64,000 nt of DNA, from sequence record NC_048048.2. One strand, written 5' to 3'. The notes under the pieces are model-generated. The model made no database searches. It worked only from the letters and a program-made list of their open reading frames with translations, and was not told the DNA's origin. Position 1 is the first letter of the stretch. The number at the start of each line of letters is the position of its first letter. Below are positions 63,152-64,000 of this stretch, in pieces. A program made the position numbers and the translations under genes.

Positions 63152-63226
63152 TGGCGTGCCCGGCCGGAATCAAACCGGCATCCGGCGCTTAGAAGGCGCT
63201 TGCTCTCTTCGTTGAGCTACGGGCAC
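63152..63226 (-). tRNA. tRNA-Arg(TCT)
   Basis: Cloverleaf GTGCCCG...CGGGCAC-G-CCA; anticodon loop CTTCTAA; atypical T-loop TTTGATT and A-C pair at top of anticodon stem. Confidence 0.85.
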
Positions 63227-63298
63227 GAGGGGTCAAGGGTCGGCTTAGCGCCGCCGCCTGGAGACCGTTCTGATCGTGACCGTGGAAATCATATCCAA

Positions 63299-63327
63299 TC
63301 CCTAGCCCATATTTCCTGGGCTGTAAA
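63299..63327 (-). promoter_or_regulatory. putative promoter for the tRNA pair (TTTACA-N17-TAGGGA)
   Basis: Correct spacing and orientation upstream of tRNAs; AGCCCA/TGGGCT hairpin in spacer. Confidence 0.55.
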
Positions 63328-63348
63328 GAAACGTGATTCGTGACACGA

Positions 63349-63365
63349 TGACATCTTGCGCGTCA
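63349..63365. promoter_or_regulatory. class B operator
   Basis: TGACATCTTGCGCGTCA in divergent intergenic region. Confidence 0.6.
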
Positions 63366-63391
63366 CAGCGAACCCAGGGTATCAAAGACCC

Positions 63392-63577
63392 ATGTCCGAC
63401 GAGGCCTTCATCGACCTGCTGCTGAGCGACCCGCGCAATGCGGGCCTGACGCGCGGCTGGCTGGAATATGCCCTTGGACTCCTGGGACGCCACACGCTGA
63501 GCGCCATCCTCTCGCCGGGAAAACTGACCGCCGAGGAACTTCGGGCCGTTTCGGCACGCCCCCGCGAGGCCGCCTGA
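63392..63577 (+). CDS. small hypothetical protein
   Basis: Start MSDEAF. Confidence 0.6.
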   Translation: MSDEAFIDLLLSDPRNAGLTRGWLEYALGLLGRHTLSAILSPGKLTAEELRAVSARPREAA

Positions 63578-63578
63578 C

Positions 63579-63776
63579 ATGCCCCAGAAGATGTTGAGCG
63601 TCTGCACCTGCCGCCAATGCAAGCGCGCCCGCCGGCGTGGACGCATCCTGGGCGCGCGGCTCCTCAAGCACCTGGGCAGCAAGGCCCATTTCCAATCCGG
63701 GATCGTGCCGTTCGCTCGATACGCCAAAGGCAAGCGCATCCGCCGCCCTCAAAACCAGAAGGACCTCGACGAGTGA
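63579..63776 (+). CDS. small basic protein with CxCxxC
   Basis: 65 aa, CTCRQC. Confidence 0.65.
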   Translation: MPQKMLSVCTCRQCKRARRRGRILGARLLKHLGSKAHFQSGIVPFARYAKGKRIRRPQNQKDLDE

Positions 63777-64000
63777 ACCGAGCCCTGCCGCTCCTGGCGC
63801 TTTGCGCCCTGGGCCTGACCGCTTGCCTGGACCCCAAGACCAAGGCCGCCATCAAGGCCAATCAAGAGGCCCAGGCGCGCGAGTACGAGGCCCAGCAAGC
63901 CCGGTACCAGCGCGATGTCGACTACCTCTACCGCACCAAGGTCGTGCGCGTCTGCACCGCCAAGTCCACCTACATCGTCCAGGGCGCTGACGGCCGGCGT
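63773..64000 (+). CDS. putative lipoprotein (truncated by window edge)
   Basis: GTGA start VNRALPLLALCALGLTAC (lipobox LTAC). Confidence 0.65.
   Translation, partial: MNRALPLLALCALGLTACLDPKTKAAIKANQEAQAREYEAQQARYQRDVDYLYRTKVVRVCTAKSTYIVQGADGRR

Noticed and set aside
62985-63215. 76-aa ORF MKKARSHL...
   Set aside because: Overlaps the terminator and both tRNA genes on the opposite strand
63227-63270. Possible third degenerate tRNA upstream of Arg(TCT)
   Set aside because: No acceptor stem or T-loop could be built
1-64000. Prophage or host-chromosome origin
   Set aside because: No integrase, att site or housekeeping operon; uniform phage-type dense small genes throughout. Lifestyle cannot be proven from this window alone

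Overview
This is a 64-kb piece of a large, GC-rich (about two-thirds GC by eye) lytic dsDNA phage genome, most consistent with a phiCbK-like siphovirus of Caulobacteraceae (Caulobacter/Brevundimonas). The assignment is inferred from gene content, codon style and Caulobacter-type TTGAC-N17-CTAnA promoters. The window is the non-structural accessory arm, with about 150 tightly coupled, mostly small hypothetical genes. They run leftward from 1 to about 6000 and rightward from about 6100 to 64000, except two minus-strand tRNA-Arg genes at 63073-63226. Recognisable functions: CCA-adding enzyme, Thg1-like guanylyltransferase, two Pth2-like proteins, an HD-domain (p)ppGpp-hydrolase-like protein, HAD 5'-nucleotidase, Nudix hydrolase, 2OG-Fe(II) oxygenase, DEDD exonuclease, ferritin-like protein, HslV-like Ntn peptidase, acyltransferase-3, and an outer-membrane-channel/pnuC/nadR/DUF1937 NAD-salvage operon. 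Two non-coding systems stand out: (A) 19 copies of an AGAAAWCTGTTGACA promoter whose cores (-40 to +5) nearly all fold into long stem-loops, and (B) a 17-bp palindromic operator TGACRC-N5-GYGTCA lying over a second set of promoters. All family calls come from motif recognition by eye; no database searches were run. No structural, replication, integrase or CRISPR features were seen.
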